Origin: Occultella glacieicola
Lineage (GTDB): Bacteria > Actinomycetota > Actinomycetes > Actinomycetales > Beutenbergiaceae
Reading direction: 5' to 3'
Length of the DNA stretch: 64,000 nucleotides
Assembly: GCF_004353825.1 (NCBI RefSeq)
Contig: NZ_SMNA01000013.1
Coordinates: 62,001 to 126,000, forward strand
Shown: positions 60,879-64,000 of the stretch, one piece after another
How positions within the stretch are numbered: position 1 is the first letter of the stretch
How the letters are laid out: each line of letters starts with the position of its first letter
Made by a program: the position numbers and the translations under genes
The notes under the pieces: generated by a model
What the model was told of the DNA's origin: nothing
Database searches by the model: none
Seen by the model: the letters and a program-made list of their open reading frames with translations, nothing else

Positions 60879-61071
60879 GTCGGTCGTGGGCCGGTCTGGT
60901 CGCGTCGGCCGGGACGTTGAACTGACGTGCCCACTTCGTCGGTGTGCGCCGGCCCGCTCCCGGTCGATGCCGAGCCGTCCACAGGTGCCCCCGGGACCGA
61001 TGCGGCCCGTGGCCGGCGACCTTCACAGTGGAGCCAGGACGGGGTCGATCGATCCCGGCGACGAGAGGAAC

Positions 61072-61353
61072 ATGATGAGAATCTCCATGATGAGAGCCGG
61101 CGCGTGGCGCCGGGTCGTGGTGGGGCTGCGCCGGTCCACCGAGGGAGTGCACCGCAGGGTCGCCACCGGTCTGCACCGCCGCTTCGCGCTGCTGCGGCGC
61201 ACTGCGGAGGCGGGCATGGCCACCGCCGAGTACGCCATCGCGACCCTGGCCGCGGTCGCCTTCGCGGGTCTGCTGCTGGTGATCCTGCGCAGCGACGAGG
61301 TCCGTGGCCTCCTGCTCGGGATCATCCGGCAGGCGCTGTCGGTGGGCGGCTGA
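61072..61353 (+). CDS. Flp pilin (DUF4244)
   Basis: Prepilin site EAG|MATAEYAIATLAAVAFAGLL; SD GAGAGGA before ATG 61072 (start uncertain). Confidence 0.85.
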   Translation: MMRISMMRAGAWRRVVVGLRRSTEGVHRRVATGLHRRFALLRRTAEAGMATAEYAIATLAAVAFAGLLLVILRSDEVRGLLLGIIRQALSVGG

Positions 61354-61424
61354 GTCGGGTGCGGGCGCCCGTGGCGCCGCGGCGGGGGTGTACCCGCGCC
61401 CGGCGGTTGCGCGTCGATGCGGCT

Positions 61425-61808
61425 GTGATCCGCGGCCCGCGCGGCGCCGGATCCGGTCGCGGCATCGATCGTGGCTCCGTCACGGCCGAGTTCGCGATCG
61501 TGCTGCCCGCGGTGGTCCTGGTGCTGGTCGCCGTGCTGCTCGTGGCGGCGGCGGCGGCCACGCAGGTGCGGTGCACTGACGCAGCCCGGGCGGGCGCCCG
61601 CGCTGCCGCGCTCGGCTCCGGTGAGGCCGAGGTCGCCGCGATCGCCTCGGACCTCGCCGGGGAGCAGGCGCGGGTGTCGGTGAGCTCCGCCGACGGCTGG
61701 GTGGTGGTTCGGGTGACCGCGCCCGTGGCCACCGGCCCGTTCGGGGCCGCGGGACTCACGGCCTCCGCGCAGTTCTCCGCGCGCGCCGAACCGGGCAGCG
61801 AGCCATGA
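61425..61808 (+). CDS. TadE family minor pilin
   Basis: DRG|SVTAEFAIVLP and DAARAGARAAA motifs; start uncertain. Confidence 0.8.
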   Translation: MIRGPRGAGSGRGIDRGSVTAEFAIVLPAVVLVLVAVLLVAAAAATQVRCTDAARAGARAAALGSGEAEVAAIASDLAGEQARVSVSSADGWVVVRVTAPVATGPFGAAGLTASAQFSARAEPGSEP

Positions 61809-62266
61809 GCGGGAGCACGGGGGCATTGCACGGTCGGTCGACCGGTCCCGGGCGCGCCGACGAGGACCATCGGCGGACTCCCACCGGCGCGGACCATCGG
61901 TGGACTCCCACCGGTGCCCGGGACCGCGGGTCGGCGACGATCCTGGTGCTCGGCATCGTCGCGTCGGCGCTGGTGCTCGCCGTGCTGCTCGGTGGCCTGG
62001 CCCGGGTCACCGGCGCGCGGGGCCTGGCGCAGGGGGCCGCCGATCTGGCCGCCATCGCCGGTGCGGAGGCAGCAGTCGGCCGTACCGGCGACCCGTGTGC
62101 GGCCGCGGCCACGGTGGCGCGACGCCATGGCGTGACGCTCGACTCCTGCGGCGTGTCGGCGGGTGGCCTGGTGACCGTCGAGGTCGGGGTCGCGGTCACG
62201 CCGCTGCCCGGATGGTCGACCAGGGCCACGGCCCAGGCCCGGGCCGGACCGGTCGGGCTCGGCTGA
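61805..62266 (+). CDS. Rv3654c-family TadE/G-like minor pilin
   Basis: DRG|SAT, AQGAADLAAIAGA, two cysteines, ARAGP end. Confidence 0.82.
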   Translation: MSGSTGALHGRSTGPGRADEDHRRTPTGADHRWTPTGARDRGSATILVLGIVASALVLAVLLGGLARVTGARGLAQGAADLAAIAGAEAAVGRTGDPCAAAATVARRHGVTLDSCGVSAGGLVTVEVGVAVTPLPGWSTRATAQARAGPVGLG

Positions 62267-62344
62267 GACCGGTCGCCGGCGCGTGAGCCCGCGGCGCACA
62301 AATCGCCTTGATCCCGGCTGGGTTCCGGGGCAGGGTCGCCTGCG

Positions 62345-63292
62345 ATGACCTCGACACCGAACCACGCCGACGCTCCAGGGACGCCCGACCCGGACGGCGT
62401 CCCCGCCACCGGCGACACCGCCACGTACCCAACCGACATCGGGTCGGCCACCTCGTCGGCGAGCGGTAAGCCCGTGGACCTGGCTGGCGTCAGCGACGAT
62501 GCCGCCTCCCCGGCCGACCGTTCGACCGCGGGGCAGGCAGACGGCTCCGCTCCGCCACCGGCGGGCTCGGGGACCCGGCTGACCTTCAACGCCCCGCTCT
62601 CGGCCGAGCGAGCCCTCCGGCTGGCGACCGACCTCGCCGCGACGAACCCGTCGCTGGTGGTGGACCTCGGCTGCGGGTGGGCCGAGCTTCTGCTGATGAC
62701 GCTGGCCGGAGCGCGGGAGGCGCACGGGGTCGGCGTCGACACCCACGTCCCGGACCTCGCACGCGCACGGGCCACGGCTGCCGCGCGGGGACTCGCCGGC
62801 CGCGTCGACCTGGTCGACGGGGCGGCGGCGGATCACACCGAGGTGGCCGACGTCGTGTTGAACATCGGCGCGTTCCACGCCTTCGGCTCGATCCCCGAGG
62901 CCCTGACGGCACTGCGCGCGCGGGTGCGCGACGGCGGGCGGCTGCTGTTCGGGGTCGAGTACTGGGAGCACCCGCCCACTTCGACCGAGCTCGCGAACCT
63001 CTGGGAGGGCACCACCGTCGACGACTGCCCCTCGCTCGCGGACCTGGTCGATCAGGCCGTCGCCGCCGGGTTCCGCCCGATCCGCACCGAGACCGTCACC
63101 CGGGGCGAGTGGGAGGAGTACGAGTCCGGGCACATGGCCGACCGGGAGCTCTGGCTCGCGGCCAATCCGGACCACCCCGACGCCGAGGCGGTCCGCCACT
63201 CCCTGGACGAACAGCGCTCGATCTGGCTCCGCGGCCACCGGGACGTCCTGGGCTTCGCGTACCTGACGCTCGTGGCCGTGCGGGTACCGTAG
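62345..63292 (+). CDS. Class I SAM-dependent methyltransferase
   Basis: FNAPLS, VDLGCGWAE, GVGVD and GFAYLTL motifs; N-terminal ~75 aa low complexity, start uncertain. Confidence 0.8.
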   Translation: MTSTPNHADAPGTPDPDGVPATGDTATYPTDIGSATSSASGKPVDLAGVSDDAASPADRSTAGQADGSAPPPAGSGTRLTFNAPLSAERALRLATDLAATNPSLVVDLGCGWAELLLMTLAGAREAHGVGVDTHVPDLARARATAAARGLAGRVDLVDGAAADHTEVADVVLNIGAFHAFGSIPEALTALRARVRDGGRLLFGVEYWEHPPTSTELANLWEGTTVDDCPSLADLVDQAVAAGFRPIRTETVTRGEWEEYESGHMADRELWLAANPDHPDAEAVRHSLDEQRSIWLRGHRDVLGFAYLTLVAVRVP

Positions 63293-63477
63293 CCGGCGGG
63301 TGACCGAGGCCGCGCTGGCGAACCACGCGTAGGAGTCCGAACCGCAGCGCTCGCCGCGCCTGCACGAGTCGAGCGGTCCGCGCCGCCGGCCACGCGCCGG
63401 ACCGAACCGGACCGCCCCACCGCCGACGAGCGTCCCCGCACCGCCCGGGCCACGAGCCGGACGACCTACCGCGCGGG

Positions 63478-63873
63478 TCAGTCGTCCGCCGCGAACTCGC
63501 CGGTGAACGGGATCGGCTCGATGACGTCGACCAGGACACCGCCGGGCGCGACGACGATGAAGTGCCGCTGCCCGAAGTCCTCCGAACGGAGTTCGAGCGC
63601 GACCCGGACGTCACCACCTGCCGTGAGCCGGGCGTAGGCGTCGTCGACTTGATCCACTTCGATGTTCAGCAGAACCCCGGTGGCGGCGGTGCCGAACCCG
63701 TGGGGAATCGTCGGGTGGTCTGCGGCGACGAACGCCAGTTCCCAGGTGCCCTGGCGCAGCGAGACGTACCAGTCGGCCTCGAACACGGTCTCGAATCCGA
63801 ACCGCTCCGTGAAGAACCTGGCGCTGGCGGCCACGTCCGTGCTCATCAGGACCGGGTAGCTGCTGGTGATCAT
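63478..63873 (-). CDS. VOC (glyoxalase/bleomycin resistance) family protein
   Basis: FEADWYVSL, LNIEVDQVD and EDFGQRHF...GVLVDVI motifs. Confidence 0.88.
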   Translation of the reverse strand: MITSSYPVLMSTDVAASARFFTERFGFETVFEADWYVSLRQGTWELAFVAADHPTIPHGFGTAATGVLLNIEVDQVDDAYARLTAGGDVRVALELRSEDFGQRHFIVVAPGGVLVDVIEPIPFTGEFAADD

Positions 63874-63884
63874 GATGCCTCCAG

Positions 63885-63940
63885 TATAGATACAGACTGT
63901 ATGTATAGAGTGAGGCTAGGATACGTACAGATTGTTTGTA
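63885..63940. promoter_or_regulatory. Two probable TetR operators in the VOC/tetR divergent spacer
   Basis: Near-perfect palindrome TATAGATACAGACTGTATGTATA (63885-63907) and degenerate copy TACGTACAGATTGTTTGTA (63922-63940). Confidence 0.7.
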
Positions 63941-63952
63941 AAGGGGTTGCTG

Positions 63953-64000
63953 ATGGCGAGAGCGAGCAAGGCTCAGAGCGAGGCGACCGAGCGGCGCCTG
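63953..64000 (+). CDS. Probable TetR family regulator, N-terminus (truncated by window edge)
   Basis: AAGGGG SD, MARASKAQSEATERRL; divergent from the VOC gene with palindromic operators. Confidence 0.55.
   Translation, partial: MARASKAQSEATERRL

Noticed and set aside
57163..62266. Tad locus as a conjugative or mobile element
   Set aside because: Matches the chromosomal ssd-tadA-tadB-tadC-flp-tadE arrangement; no relaxase, coupling protein or integrase

Overview
Very GC-rich actinobacterial chromosome segment; the gene set and order suggest Micrococcales (inference). It is mostly core genome: the end of an L-rhamnose catabolic operon (rhaI, rhaD, rhaB, YesU-like), tRNA-Ser(GGA), SRP RNA-dnaX-recR, ask-asd, a GntR-prpDBC methylcitrate operon, an Opp-type ABC importer-LacI-FAD oxidoreductase operon, a class I DAHP synthase, tRNA-Pro(CGG), PBP1/whiB4/ridA/crp/acs, and the ssd-tadABC-flp-tadE pilus locus. 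A ~9.6 kb accessory islet (~5950-15565) sits at the 3' end of tRNA-Ser. It holds decayed IS21 and ISL3 fragments, a frameshifted lipoprotein and a stand-alone HsdR-N-type nuclease. The two most interesting signals are absent from the ORF track. (1) A probably leaderless 20-codon leader peptide with a contiguous Tyr-Trp-Phe triplet and alternative RNA helices lies directly upstream of DAHP synthase; it is a candidate attenuator sensing all three aromatic amino acids. (2) A compact promoter-to-terminator non-coding unit divergent from ssd looks like an Ms1-type RNA-polymerase-binding RNA. No CRISPR array, rRNA or intact mobile element was seen. All family assignments are by motif recognition; no database searches were run.
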